DNA of 64,000 bases from an uncultured bacterium (GCA_964478165.1 CAYZGU010000007.1:33290-97289); one strand, 5' to 3'; counted from the stretch's first letter, positions 1 through 10,450 are shown. Notes: generated by a model from the sequence alone, not told the origin. Numbers and translations: made by a program.

Positions 1-399
1 CCTATTTGCGTACGTTCGTCAATAGTCACTTTTCCATTGACAAATTTAGTGGATTGGGGATAATCTGTAAAATGCTCGGTTCAAAAAACGATGGACTTAG
101 GAGTGATGTACGCGAAAGTCGCAAGCAGATTACTGAACATGCGGACTACTTCTCGTGGCTTCTTTCGCGCCGGTGGGTTTTGTGTAATCGCGATTTGAGG
201 AATTGTGAGCGATATAGTGTGCCTATCTTCCTTTTTCTGTTCTGTGCCCCTTAAGCGTTGGGAGACTGCGATAACCCGCATGTAATTCGTAGGTCTAGAG
301 CACCCATGAATCGACTATGAGCTGATTCCGAAGCTTGACTTTGTTTCTGTAAAATGATAAACTGTAGCCATCTATTCATGAATATGGGGGGGGTACAAT

Positions 400-1077
400 T
401 TGCAAAGACAGCCACAGATTCAGCAACAGATCGAACTCCCGTTTGCTGAATCATTGCGTATCAGTTTTCAGAGTCTGAAAATTCGGTTTGGTAGGTCCAT
501 TATTACAACGGCCGGCATTTCGCTGGGGATTGCATTCCTGGTCTCGGTTTGTACAAATAACGAAATCGATCTAGCGATGCAGGAGAGCGGAAGAACTGAA
601 CAGATTACAAGTCTAGGAGAAGAACAGCGTCAAGGTATATCTACGAAAGACATGTGGCTAATCATCATGTCGCTGATTGTTTGCGTGGTTGGGATTGCTA
701 ACTCCATGCTTATGGCGGTTACCGAGAGATTCCAAGAGATCGGTACAATGAAGTGTTTGGGCGCTTTGGATCGATTTGTCGTACGCCTATTCCTCTTAGA
801 ATCAGGTTTCCAGGGCTTGTCTGGGGCGCTCATCGGTGCGCTGATTGGGACCATGGGGTCAATCTTGTTGGGTCTCAAGACTCACGGACTCGACCTTTTC
901 TTCTATTTTCCACTTCTACCGACGACTCCTGAAGATGCACCTATGAGGCTTGGAGTTATTTTGATTATCGTGATTGGCTGCTTGCTCGGCATGATCTTGT
1001 CGGTTATTGGCGCAGCTTTTCCAGCTTGGCGTGCCGCACAGCTGCCTCCCGCCGAAGCAATGCGCACGGAAGTATGA
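400..1077 (+). CDS. ABC transporter permease, FtsX/MacB-LolE-like, with a short extracytoplasmic loop
   Basis: 225-aa ORF with a TTG start after a G-rich stretch. One N-terminal TM helix, a roughly 45-aa loop, then three TM helices. Family-typical motif ERFQEIGTMKCLGA after TM2. Followed by a cognate ATPase gene. Confidence 0.7.
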   Translation: MQRQPQIQQQIELPFAESLRISFQSLKIRFGRSIITTAGISLGIAFLVSVCTNNEIDLAMQESGRTEQITSLGEEQRQGISTKDMWLIIMSLIVCVVGIANSMLMAVTERFQEIGTMKCLGALDRFVVRLFLLESGFQGLSGALIGALIGTMGSILLGLKTHGLDLFFYFPLLPTTPEDAPMRLGVILIIVIGCLLGMILSVIGAAFPAWRAAQLPPAEAMRTEV

Positions 1078-1272
1078 TGTGCATTCGAGGGTGATACAGC
1101 TCCTGCGCAAAATGTTGATTTTGCGGGGGACTACATCGCTTGTCGTATAATGGATTCGGCGTCTAGGTGGCGCGGTCAACAAAGCTTGGAGAGCAGAAGG
1201 ACACGATGCGTGATGGGCGATTGTGGAGATTGTGGGTATATTGATGGGCCGTGATGGTCCAAGGAGGAGTCA

Positions 1273-2001
1273 GTGCCAGAAACTGTCGTGAAAACTGAAA
1301 ATGTTGTCAAAGAGTATCGAATGGGTACGAGTGTTCTCCGGGCGCTTGATGGAATAAATATTGAGATTGCGCGTGGCGAATATATTTCATTGATGGGCCC
1401 TTCTGGTTCTGGCAAATCAACCCTTTTCAACATGATCGGTGCCTTAGATCGTCCTACGGGGGGTAGGGTCTACATTGATGGCCAGGATATGTCGCAGCTG
1501 TCGCAGTCCCAGATTGCATGGTTTCGCTGTCACAGAGTCGGCTACATTTTCCAGAGCTACAATTTGTTGCATGTTATGACTGGATTGGAAAATGTGACGT
1601 TGCCGATGATTTTCGCGGGATTGTCCGCGACCGAACGGAACGAAAAGGGAGCGGAGTTGTTAAATTTGGTTGGCCTAGGAGATCGAATTCATCACCGTCC
1701 AGATGAGCTGTCCGGTGGCCAACGACAACGCGTTGCTATTGCGCGGGCATTTGCGAATGACCCAACAATTATTCTAGCAGATGAACCAACAGCTAATCTC
1801 GATACCATCACCGGACGAGAAATTATTGACCTTATCAAGGAGCTTAACCAGGATAAGGATGTAACTGTTATCTCAGCAACACATGACCTAAAGATGCTTG
1901 ATGTTTCCGATCGAATTGTTGATATTCGCGATGGTTTGGTAGAACGAATTAGAAATCGAGATGAAATTGACATTGAGGTTGGTGAGGTCGGTGGGCATTG
2001 A
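1273..2001 (+). CDS. ABC transporter ATP-binding protein (MacB/LolD type)
   Basis: GTG start 6 nt after AAGGAGG. Walker [11 protein letters not shown]-loop, ABC signature [14 protein letters not shown], Walker B ILADEPT, H-loop ATHD. Confidence 0.9.
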   Translation: MPETVVKTENVVKEYRMGTSVLRALDGINIEIARGEYISLMGPSGSGKSTLFNMIGALDRPTGGRVYIDGQDMSQLSQSQIAWFRCHRVGYIFQSYNLLHVMTGLENVTLPMIFAGLSATERNEKGAELLNLVGLGDRIHHRPDELSGGQRQRVAIARAFANDPTIILADEPTANLDTITGREIIDLIKELNQDKDVTVISATHDLKMLDVSDRIVDIRDGLVERIRNRDEIDIEVGEVGGH

Positions 2002-2963
2002 GTTTTCCCCGGTTGCAAAATGGCATGTTGCTATCCCCTGAGGATAGTGAGCACGGAGCTCTCAAAGTGGTAGATAGGCTTGGTGAGTTGCTGCCGAGAC
2101 GAAGGTTGGGCCGGACGGACGAAGCTGTAACAATGCTCGGTATTGGTGGTTGGCATCTCGGACGGATGAGTGAAGGTGAAGCGCAGAGGACAATTGAAAC
2201 CGCCCTAGATGGTGGTCTCAGATTCTTCGACAGTGCAGAAAGTTATCAGGCGGGCACTAGTGAGAGTCGTCTAGGTAAGTTCCTCATTCCAAAGTACCGT
2301 GATGATGTGTTCCTCATGACCAAAACAGGTGCTCGCGATGCCGCAGGAGCGAGGCTTCATCTCGAAGAATCTCTGAATCGATTAAAAACGGATTATCTAG
2401 ATTTGTGGCAAGTTCATGCACTGGAGAGCGTAGACGATGTCGATCATCGCATTAGGCACGGTGTTTTCGAAGTAATGTTAGAGGCAAAAGATTCAGGTAA
2501 AACGCGCTACATCGGTTTTACCGGGCATAGCAGATCTAACGCACATCAACGGATTCTGGAAGAGGTTGATATCTTTGACACCTGCCAAATGCCCATCAAC
2601 CTTGTAGATCCAAGCTACGATAGCTTCATCACGGGTGTGTTGCCGCAGCTGACCAAGCGGAACATCGGCGTTTTGGCGATGAAAACCCTGGGAAATGGTG
2701 GGTTTTTCGGTGGGTCTAGTCACGGGGAACACGGGGATAATGCGAAGGTTGTACCCAATCTTGTCAGCATATCAGAGGCAATCCACTTTGTTTGGTCGTT
2801 GCCGGTGAGTGTTCTTATTACGGGGCCTGACAACATAGAACAGTTGAAAGAGAAAGTGGCTTTGGCGAAATCATTCGTGGGAATGGACGAATCGGAGCGG
2901 CAGTCATTAATCGCAAAGGTTGCAGATTTGGCCGGACCACGTGTGGAATTCTACAAATCTTAA
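1998..2963 (+). CDS. Aldo/keto reductase family oxidoreductase
   Basis: 321-aa ORF with AKR-like layout: LGIGGWHLG near the N-terminus, [21 protein letters not shown]. Start is uncertain: TTG at 1998 overlaps the upstream stop, and an in-frame ATG lies at 2025. Confidence 0.75.
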   Translation: MSFPRLQNGMLLSPEDSEHGALKVVDRLGELLPRRRLGRTDEAVTMLGIGGWHLGRMSEGEAQRTIETALDGGLRFFDSAESYQAGTSESRLGKFLIPKYRDDVFLMTKTGARDAAGARLHLEESLNRLKTDYLDLWQVHALESVDDVDHRIRHGVFEVMLEAKDSGKTRYIGFTGHSRSNAHQRILEEVDIFDTCQMPINLVDPSYDSFITGVLPQLTKRNIGVLAMKTLGNGGFFGGSSHGEHGDNAKVVPNLVSISEAIHFVWSLPVSVLITGPDNIEQLKEKVALAKSFVGMDESERQSLIAKVADLAGPRVEFYKS

Positions 2964-2965
2964 TC

Positions 2966-3913
2966 TCAAGAGGATTCTGCTTTTTCAATGCCGCGTTTCA
3001 CAAGTGTTTTCAGGTGTCGAGCCACGTGACCGTTAAAGTTGCGAGCATTATTGTATCCGAAAGCTTCTTGGAATTTTCGACAAATGAAGAGGTAACTTCC
3101 ATCACAATCCGCTTCGATTATTAACGTGCGACCAGCACGATCTTTTAGGAAATCGACAGCGCCGATCTCAAACCCAATCAAGTCTGATACTTGCAAAGCA
3201 AGGCTCTCCATTTCGTTATCCAGCGTCGGCAGGAATTCGTAGGATGCGCCGGTGGCTGCATTCACAATCGATGCCTCTGGTGTTTCCACGTTCCATTTTG
3301 CGCGGATTGTTCCCATGACCACCTGTTTCCCAACGACGTACATCCGGAACACTCGATTATTCGTCCGTTCTGTTAGCGCTCCAATGAATTGTTGGGCGTA
3401 GTAAGGTGGGGCAAGTGTAATCATCCCATTTCGAATGCGATTTTGGTCGCCGAAAATCACTTGATACTTGCGTGACCGAGAGATCGTAACGATTTTCCTG
3501 CCACAAAATTTCAAGACTCGATGTCCGGCACCGCCACATGAATTGGTTGATTTCAATAGGAGGATGCCATAAGATTCCAACGCTTCTAGAATAGCATCAG
3601 GTGTCTGCGATATGATGGTTTCAGGCGTGGGCATACGGGCCTTCAGCAGCCGCCGAGAAGTCGCGACTTTGTCCATCGCGATTTCTTGTGACCACGTTGA
3701 ATTAATGACGGATAACCTTTTTTCAGCTAGCTTAAGAGCTTTTGTACAATCACATGGCAAGGAATAGATGATATCCACGTCACAAGCACTTAGGCCTGAC
3801 GGGCTAAGCCGAAAACTCTCTCCACCAACTAGGCGTATTTCACGCTCTAAGTCTACAATCAGATCTTCCAACAGCGGCCAATAAGTGGGATTATAGAGTA
3901 AGCCAATGCGCAT
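2966..3913 (-). CDS. ATP-grasp family ligase (RimK-like fold)
   Basis: 315-aa ORF. It has the general ATP-grasp arrangement: a central LKSTNSCGGAGHRV glycine-rich loop and a C-terminal GAVDFL...IIEADCDG metal/ATP-site-like segment. Assigned by pattern only. Confidence 0.55.
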   Translation of the reverse strand: MRIGLLYNPTYWPLLEDLIVDLEREIRLVGGESFRLSPSGLSACDVDIIYSLPCDCTKALKLAEKRLSVINSTWSQEIAMDKVATSRRLLKARMPTPETIISQTPDAILEALESYGILLLKSTNSCGGAGHRVLKFCGRKIVTISRSRKYQVIFGDQNRIRNGMITLAPPYYAQQFIGALTERTNNRVFRMYVVGKQVVMGTIRAKWNVETPEASIVNAATGASYEFLPTLDNEMESLALQVSDLIGFEIGAVDFLKDRAGRTLIIEADCDGSYLFICRKFQEAFGYNNARNFNGHVARHLKTLVKRGIEKAESS

Positions 3914-3935
3914 GAATTGCTACCGAGTGCTTTTG

Positions 3936-3962
3936 GTAGGAGAATCAACACTATTCTCCTAC
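3936..3962 (-). promoter_or_regulatory. Intercistronic hairpin between the PhyH and ATP-grasp genes
   Basis: Perfect 10-bp stem gtaggagaat/attctcctac with a 7-nt loop. It overlaps the PhyH stop codon (3951-3953) and ends 22 nt before the ATP-grasp ATG. Confidence 0.4.
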
Positions 3963-4721
3963 TGATGGATTTTCCTTAAAGCCGCTAACGACAATGTTGT
4001 TGTATATGTCAGCTGCTTGTCCTACTGGTTGCATGTTTGGTTTGTGGTAGCCAAAGCGTACCGATCTGCGCCATTCGCTCGTTTTGTTCACATCCGACCA
4101 GTGGATTAGGCAGTAGCTGAAGAAGATAACATCGCCTGCCTTCGCGGGTATTGGAATCGAGGGTGTAAAATCGGGGTGGTATTTGTCCACGGGGAGATGT
4201 GGCGCGGTGTCACTTCCCGTGACATGCTCAAGTGGCCCCGCTTTGTGGCTGCCTGGTACAACACACAGTGGACCGCTTTCAAGCGGTGTGTCATCCAAGT
4301 GAACGAGGCAGTCGACGAAGTCGAGTCCGTGATGTGGATAGAATGGATAATCTTGATGCATCGGAAATGGGGTCCCCTTCTCTGGAGCTTTTGCGTGCAG
4401 AACGCTATGGTGCCATTGAACATTCGGGCCTATGAAGCCTTTCACTGCTTCAACCAGACGGGGATGGAAAATTACTCGACCCCAGGTTGCTGAATAGAAA
4501 TGGGGATTATGCATTAACACTGCCTTTGTTGTCTGTCGATCTTCTTCGGCTAAGTATCGGGTGCGCCACGGACCGGGCCATCCTAAAGCTTCCTGGCCCC
4601 ATTCGCTTATGATTCGAATCATGTCGGTCCCAAGGTCCTCAGTTTCTTCAGGCGTGAAGAGTCGGTTGACTTTGAGAAAACCATCTTCATGATAAGCTTT
4701 GATTTCCGTCGTAGTTAGCAT
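3951..4721 (-). CDS. Phytanoyl-CoA dioxygenase (PhyH) family Fe(II)/2-oxoglutarate dioxygenase
   Basis: ATG 6 nt after AGGAGA. N-terminal YHEDGFLKV motif, HQD iron-binding motif (FPMHQDYPF), distal His in CLIHWSDVN, Arg in RRSVRFGY. Confidence 0.8.
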   Translation of the reverse strand: MLTTTEIKAYHEDGFLKVNRLFTPEETEDLGTDMIRIISEWGQEALGWPGPWRTRYLAEEDRQTTKAVLMHNPHFYSATWGRVIFHPRLVEAVKGFIGPNVQWHHSVLHAKAPEKGTPFPMHQDYPFYPHHGLDFVDCLVHLDDTPLESGPLCVVPGSHKAGPLEHVTGSDTAPHLPVDKYHPDFTPSIPIPAKAGDVIFFSYCLIHWSDVNKTSEWRRSVRFGYHKPNMQPVGQAADIYNNIVVSGFKENPSVGE

Positions 4722-6633
4722 CCGGCATCTCCTGATGGTTATGAAAGGTTCAATACTAGATTATGCCCCAAGCTGTCCTGTTGAGTTGATTCAAAGGAGG
4801 ATAAGAACATTGATTTTCTACGAGAAACGTTTCATTCCAAACATCCTGAATCTGGGGCAGTGGCATGCCAATTTAAATAGTTGGAACGTGTCTAGCTAAA
4901 TAGCGTTACGCATACCAATGGGGGCTGGAAGAGAGCGTTTAAGCCGCGCTCAGTGAGCCATTAAACAATCAATGTGACGGTGGGTATGCGTCTACAAATA
5001 TCTGAGAATCGAAGGCAGGAGGCCGAGGATTGTTTGGACTCAACTGCATGCGGATAATTCATAGACTAGTCACCACTATCACATTAGTACGAGAGTCGCA
5101 AGAATTGCTCAATAAACTTGGCACTTACCGAACACGTTCCATTCGCACATTCTGCAAGCCAGAGTCTGAGCAAGTAGGACTGTGGTGCGTTGTGGTTTCG
5201 TGGTTCGATCTGAAACATATTTGTAGTGTACAGGAAATCCGCGGTGATTCAAGGTTTGTCGGGACATCGCTTACCTATTTGTGCAACCGGGTTACAAATC
5301 TGAATTAGAGTTTTGCCCGATTCTAGCTTGGACGGTCGACAATTCTCGATGCGGCATAATGCTCCCTACAAGTGGCACGAATCACAGGGATTTGAGCTTT
5401 GTAACATACCATTTTCTGTCCATTGTTGAGCGCACGGGAACAACAGTCACTTGGTACCTTCAGCAGTACCGGGTGTTTGTGGGCGCTAATGTTCTAACAA
5501 ACGCCATTTTCGATGATTCCAACGCGTTCGGTGCAAAGATAAAGGTGATAGGTTTCATGCAGGCCGCCATTGTGCTGCGCGCTATTAACCTGGAATCTCC
5601 ATCGAACGGCGTTTTTGTAGCACGCGAAATGACTCGTCTGGACTAATGCTCTAGTGCGCTCGGCAACATGTGGTTTAAACATGCAATAAGTCAGCGCTTA
5701 TGGATACATCAACATCATTCTGATAGGAACACCTCGTAGTAAATTAGGGTCACTGGCGACGTTTTCCCTCATATCGTTTCCAGTCGGTGCGACATTGCAT
5801 CTTTGTTTCACATTCGAATATCTCTGATGTTTTGAGGCCCTTCAGGTTTTCTTCCATCTGCAGGATCTCAAATTGGATTTTTAGCAAATTAGGAATAGAA
5901 TGGGATTTAGATTTTCACTTTCTGTTGAGTGCCAGTTTTTTCGATGTAGTCAGAACAACGGCGCGAGAATGGCCTATCTTAATTCTAATGGTCAATCTTC
6001 GGTTCTTTGGTGCCGGAGAATCTCTGCATTGACATGGTAATCGCAAAAGATAGTTATCAGTGAGTTTTTGTTAAGTTTATTCTTTTACCGTCTTGAATAG
6101 TAAGTATACTCGTACTATCCAATAGTGCCTTGTTTTTAGAATCCGGAGAAGAACTAAGGTGGTTTTGCAGTTTGGCTTGCAAAAGTATGCTAAACATATT
6201 CATTAAGTGTAGCATGCGTCGGCCGAAAGAGCAATAATAGAAAACACGCAGGAGGTAGTTAAACGGATTGAAATCAGTTGGAATAGAAGTTGCCAACGCA
6301 AACTAAGTAGAGGCGACGAATTTGGGGGTTCTGGAGACATGGCAAGGTTGTTGCCATTACCGTTCGTGCGATGATTAAGGTTATTTAAGATCTGTACTGT
6401 CGAATGGGAGCGTGAGTTGTGAACCTAAAGATAATGGACGTTTATGTGTGGTTCACGTTGTTATGAATAGAATCAATTGCACTGAAATTGGGTTGCCTAT
6501 CGTGGGTGTAGTTTAACGACTGCGTGTTGATTTACACGTTCGAATTGGGATGAACCTGGTATCTTCTTCCGAATGAGTTTCAGAATTTCGTGAAATCGCA
6601 CTGGGTTGCGACGCATCGGCAGGTCGTTTTTTC

Positions 6634-6662
6634 TTGACATGTATGCGTGTGAATGCTAATAT
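6634..6662 (+). promoter_or_regulatory. Sigma70-type promoter upstream of tRNA-Pro
   Basis: TTGACA (6634-6639), 17-nt spacer, TAATAT (6657-6662). The -10 element ends 29 nt before the tRNA 5' end. Confidence 0.55.
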
Positions 6663-6691
6663 TTACGAGCTTTTCTGAGCTTAAGCTTGGA

Positions 6692-6765
6692 CGGGGCGTG
6701 GCGCAGTCCGGAAGCGCGCTTGAATGGGGTTCAAGAGGTCGCTGGTTCGAATCCAGTCGCCCCGA
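6692..6765 (+). tRNA. tRNA-Pro, anticodon GGG
   Basis: Hand-folded cloverleaf: acceptor CGGGGCG/CGCCCCG, D stem GCGC/GCGC, anticodon stem CTTGA/TCAAG with loop ATGGGGT (anticodon GGG), T arm GCTGG-TTCGAAT-CCAGT, discriminator A. CCA is not encoded. Confidence 0.9.
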
Positions 6766-6900
6766 CTTTTGCGGCGGATAACCGATTAAATTGGAATGAC
6801 AGTTGTGTTGCCTCCAACGTTTCATTATGACAAACTCCCTGTCCTAGCATCTTCCGTCCTATACTAATTGCTTGTCCGCTTGGATGAATCTGCCAATGTC

Positions 6901-6926
6901 CGCCACGAGTGTGGCGGGTGTTTTAA
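6901..6926 (+). terminator. Candidate intrinsic terminator downstream of tRNA-Pro
   Basis: Stem CCGCCAC/GTGGCGG (7 bp, loop GAGT) followed by GTGTTTTAA. The U-tract is interrupted. Confidence 0.4.
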
Positions 6927-7102
6927 TGCCAACCCCACCGTAATTGATTCAAGGGATTGATTTACACAGCCGATTTTCTTGTAAAGAGAATTATCCACAT
7001 TTCGTGATTTCGTGCGTTATACTTGGCGTAGTGAGTGTGGTAAGCCCGTGGTTTTTCGGCAACTGCAGGGCCTGTCAGCACGGGGTAGAAAGGGGACAAA
7101 TC

Positions 7103-8428
7103 GTGGACGAATCCAATATCAATCTTGGACTCCTTGGCTGGGGAACTGTTGGTACCGGAGTTTCTAGAATCTGCATAAATCAAGGCAATCTGATTTTTCA
7201 GAATACAGGCATTCGGTTAAGCATCAAAAAAGTTGCGAAACGGACACTTCCCGCATCGCGTCGGGGTGTTGAGCTCCCCGACGATTGTCTTACCGATGAC
7301 CCTCTCGAGGTCGTTGACAATCCCGAAATTGATGTTGTTGTTGAACTAATTGGGGGCGTGACCTATTCTCGTGATCTTGTTAGGAGATCCATTCGAAATG
7401 GAAAACACGTAGTGACTGCGAATAAGGCTTTGCTCGCCGAGCATGGCCTTGAATTATTTCAACTTGCCAACGAAAACAACGTAAGCCTTAATTTTGAGGC
7501 AAGTACAGCAGGGGGTATTCCTATTATAAAGATGCTACGTGAAAGTTTTGCTGCAAATCGAATCCATTCGCTCTACGGCATAATAAATGGTACGTGCAAC
7601 TATATTCTGAGTCAAATGCATGAGAATTCAGTTGATTTCGAAACGGTTCTCGAGGAAGCACAAGCTAAAGGATATGCTGAAGCAGATCCAACACTTGATG
7701 TTGATGGCATTGACGCTTCTCAGAAGCTTATCATCCTCACGGCGCTTTCCTATGGTGTGATTGCACGCCCAGATCAAGTCCACGTTGAAGGCATTAGGAA
7801 AATCACGCAGCAAGACATTCAGTATGCGCATGAACTTGGATATGTCATCAAACTCCTTGCTATTGCAAAACTGAATTTGGAACACGGAATTGAGGTTCGA
7901 ATCCACCCGACATTGTTGCCGACACAAAGCATGCTAGCAAATGTTGGGGGTGCGTTTAATGCTGTCTGCGTGATTGGCGACGCCGTTGGACCTGCCTTGT
8001 TTTGTGGACAAGGAGCTGGCGAAATGCCAACGGCCAGTTCTGTTGTAGCGGATATTATTGATGCGGGGAAATCTATTTTAGGTGAGAAACAGCCGCTCGT
8101 TTCTCGCGCTTGGCTCGCTGATGAAAACCCTGAGGTTTCGCTGTGTCCTATGGCTGACGTCGAGACGCGTTACTACATTCGCTTGACTGTGACAGATAGG
8201 CCAGGGGTTTTAGCACGGATTAGCAGTGTTTTGGGGGGGCATCGTATCGGTATTGCGTCAGTTATTCAAAAGGAGAGTCATGAAGCTGATGAAACGGCCT
8301 CGCTTGTAATCGTGACGCACATGGCATGTGAGAAGGACATGCGACTCGCTGTAAATGAGATTGATGCACTCACTGTTGTAAGCGGTTCGAGTCAACTTGT
8401 TCGCATTGAAGAAGAGGTTGCCTTTTGA
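7103..8428 (+). CDS. hom: Homoserine dehydrogenase
   Basis: N-terminal Rossmann motif LGLLGWGTVGTGV, central catalytic domain, C-terminal ACT domain (YYIRLTVTDRPGVLARISSVLG). The maximal ORF starts at TTG 6944. I prefer the in-frame GTG at 7103, preceded by AAAGGGGA, which gives the usual roughly 440 aa. Confidence 0.85.
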   Translation: MDESNINLGLLGWGTVGTGVSRICINQGNLIFQNTGIRLSIKKVAKRTLPASRRGVELPDDCLTDDPLEVVDNPEIDVVVELIGGVTYSRDLVRRSIRNGKHVVTANKALLAEHGLELFQLANENNVSLNFEASTAGGIPIIKMLRESFAANRIHSLYGIINGTCNYILSQMHENSVDFETVLEEAQAKGYAEADPTLDVDGIDASQKLIILTALSYGVIARPDQVHVEGIRKITQQDIQYAHELGYVIKLLAIAKLNLEHGIEVRIHPTLLPTQSMLANVGGAFNAVCVIGDAVGPALFCGQGAGEMPTASSVVADIIDAGKSILGEKQPLVSRAWLADENPEVSLCPMADVETRYYIRLTVTDRPGVLARISSVLGGHRIGIASVIQKESHEADETASLVIVTHMACEKDMRLAVNEIDALTVVSGSSQLVRIEEEVAF

Positions 8429-8497
8429 AGCTTCGGCAACTGTTAGATCGCGAAAACGATTGGATACACGGGTATACAGAAGAAGAGAGATACGGGC

Positions 8498-9718
8498 GTG
8501 GGCATCATCGTTCAGAAATTTGGTGGGACTTCCGTTGCCGATGCAACAAAAATTCAGAATGTTGCAAGACGCGTGATATTAGAACACGAGAAGGGTAGTC
8601 GTGTGGTTGTCGTGGTTTCAGCAATGGGTGATGCGACTGACCGATTGATGCGCTTGGCTCATCAGATTTCCGTCGATCCTTCCGATCGTGAACTTGCAAT
8701 GCTTCTGTCGACGGGAGAGCAGGTTTCGATTGCCTTACTTGCCATGGCGGTTTCAGAGCTCGGATATCAGGCAATTTCGCTTACAGGAACTCAAGTCGGG
8801 ATCGTTACGGGTGGGTTTTATAGCGAAGCACGAATTCGGCATATCAATGAAAAGCGCATTCTTTCAGAATTAGACCGGGGAAGTATTGTAATCCTGGCGG
8901 GTTTTCAGGGCGTGAGCATCGATAACGAGATTACTACGCTCGGACGAGGTGCCTCCGACACCACCGCAACTGCAGTAGCGGCGACGCTTGGCGCAGATCG
9001 TTGCGAGATTTACACGGATGTAGATGGTGTTTACACTGCCGATCCACGTGTCGTTCCTAACGCAAGGAAGCTAGATCGGATTACTTATGATGAAATGTTT
9101 GAGATGGCGCAGCTTGGCGCGAAAGTCCTACATTCTCGATCTGTTGAGATTGCGAAGAAATTCGATGTCCTTCTACATGTTCGCTCTAGTTTCTGTGAAG
9201 ATGAGGGCACGGCGATCGTAAAGGATAATGACATGATAGAGGAAGTAGTCATTAGTGGTGTTACGTCAGACAAGGATCAAGCGAAAATTTCGCTGATTGG
9301 CTTACCAGATTCTCCGGGGGTTGCCGCGCGAGTTTTTCAAGAGGTTGCAATTGCCAAGATCAACATCGACATGATTATTCAAAATGCCGGTCAGGACGAA
9401 ACAGCCGACATTTCATTCACAATTGCGGAGAAACATTTTGAGACAACTCTTGAAATTGTGGAAAACCTTAAGCATGACATTGGATATCCAAGTATTCGTA
9501 CTGATAAAACCATCGCGAAGGTATCCGCAATCGGAATTGGTATGCAAAGCCATGTTGGAATTGCTGCCCACATGTTCGATGCACTTGGTAAGGAAGGTAT
9601 TAATATTCAGATGATTAGCACCTCAGAGATTAAGATATCGTGTGCGATTGATCAACGGGATACAGAACGAGCGGTCCGCGCTGTTCACAATCAATTTAAT
9701 CTGGGGAATATTGCGTGA
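8498..9718 (+). CDS. lysC: Aspartate kinase
   Basis: GTG start. IVQKFGGTSVAD nucleotide-binding N-terminus, GRGASDTTA motif, and two C-terminal ACT-like repeats. Confidence 0.9.
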   Translation: MGIIVQKFGGTSVADATKIQNVARRVILEHEKGSRVVVVVSAMGDATDRLMRLAHQISVDPSDRELAMLLSTGEQVSIALLAMAVSELGYQAISLTGTQVGIVTGGFYSEARIRHINEKRILSELDRGSIVILAGFQGVSIDNEITTLGRGASDTTATAVAATLGADRCEIYTDVDGVYTADPRVVPNARKLDRITYDEMFEMAQLGAKVLHSRSVEIAKKFDVLLHVRSSFCEDEGTAIVKDNDMIEEVVISGVTSDKDQAKISLIGLPDSPGVAARVFQEVAIAKINIDMIIQNAGQDETADISFTIAEKHFETTLEIVENLKHDIGYPSIRTDKTIAKVSAIGIGMQSHVGIAAHMFDALGKEGINIQMISTSEIKISCAIDQRDTERAVRAVHNQFNLGNIA

Positions 9719-10266
9719 TGAAGAGGTTAGAATTTTCTGTGAACGACATCCCTCAAGGAGGCAAGAAAAATCGGGAGATTGAAGTTTCACCCTCAGAGAT
9801 TGATTTGGAGATGCAAGATGTCAAGTTTCCTGGGCCGGTTTGTAGCCGTATCCAGCTCTTGCGTAACGAGCAAGATATATATGTAAAAGCCAACGTCTCG
9901 GTTCCAGTTGTCGTTTATTGCCGACGTTGTTTGGAACCAGTCCAATCTAATCTCTTCTCGGATCTAGAGTTACAGTTCTGCCAGGTTGAGGAATCTGAAA
10001 AAAATGATTCTAACTTGCTTGACGTTGGTGAGCGCCATTATGCAGGGGGAATAATGGACTTATCTGAAGATGTTCGTCAGGCGATTGTTCTTGAAATTCC
10101 CATTTGGCCCCTATGTTCAGATCTCTGTGAAGGTTTATGCTGTAACTGCGGTGAGAATCTTAATCTCTCTAAATGCAGTTGTGACGAAGTTATAGAATCG
10201 TTTTCCCCCTTTATGGGGTTGTCGGTTTTGAGGAAAGAGAATGCGAATCGCCGGGAGCCTTCCTAA
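9715..10266 (+). CDS. yceD: YceD/DUF177 family protein (23S rRNA accumulation protein)
   Basis: 183-aa acidic protein with Cys motifs CRRC...CSDLCEGLCCNCG. It sits in the canonical position immediately upstream of rpmF. Start GTG 9715 or ATG 9718 overlaps the lysC stop. Confidence 0.7.
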   Translation: MMKRLEFSVNDIPQGGKKNREIEVSPSEIDLEMQDVKFPGPVCSRIQLLRNEQDIYVKANVSVPVVVYCRRCLEPVQSNLFSDLELQFCQVEESEKNDSNLLDVGERHYAGGIMDLSEDVRQAIVLEIPIWPLCSDLCEGLCCNCGENLNLSKCSCDEVIESFSPFMGLSVLRKENANRREPS

Positions 10267-10450
10267 TTGGGTTTCGGAATCTGTCGGGGCGGGGTGAAGA
10301 GGTGGTCGGCTCTGATAGGCTGACATCGCTCGCTCCGATTTATTGCTAGGTGCAGGTTATCTTCATTTGTTTTGGCAGGAATCCAGACACTTAGAAAATC
10401 ACCTTAATCAAGGAGGTAGATTTGGTTCAGTGTTGAACCAAAAAGAAAAT

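Noticed and set aside
6-454. ORFs at the left edge (6-254 plus strand, 81-281 and 251-454 minus strand).
   Set aside because: They overlap one another, resemble no family and have no SD. The region is more likely the promoter/leader of the ABC permease gene.
4937-4948. The 12-mer gtttaagccgcg is repeated at 4937-4948 and 19910-19921, each in a non-coding gap.
   Set aside because: A rough estimate for 64 kb read on both strands predicts hundreds of chance 12-mer coincidences. The flanks do not align.
5494-5682. Minus-strand 62-aa ORF whose C-terminal part (HNGGLHETYHLYLCTERVGIIENGVC) loosely recalls an HNH-nuclease or TnpB zinc-finger/RuvC-III tail.
   Set aside because: The spacing does not fit either consensus. 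The second Cys of each knuckle and the catalytic His/Asn or Asp are missing. The frame reads on through unrelated sequence after the stop. At most it is a heavily decayed remnant and cannot be supported by eye.
6580-6825. 81-aa minus-strand ORF.
   Set aside because: It runs antisense straight across the tRNA-Pro gene and its promoter, so it is an artefact of the ORF track.
6944-7102. N-terminal extensions offered by the ORF track for hom. The same applies to rpmF 10343-10450, fabD 11853-11891, folK 15288-15368, the helicase 15736-15885, rplU 35814-35873, the dehydrogenase 41441-41497, the sulfatase 55167-55220, P-loop B 57969-58013 and the enolase member 61186-61287.
   Set aside because: In each case an internal ATG or GTG with a proper Shine-Dalgarno sequence yields the family-typical N-terminus. 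The extensions use weak starts and add unconserved residues.
8429-8497. Possible lysine or SAM riboswitch ahead of lysC or hom.
   Set aside because: The hom-lysC spacer is only about 70 nt. The region between tRNA-Pro and hom shows only a terminator-like hairpin, with no recognisable riboswitch core.
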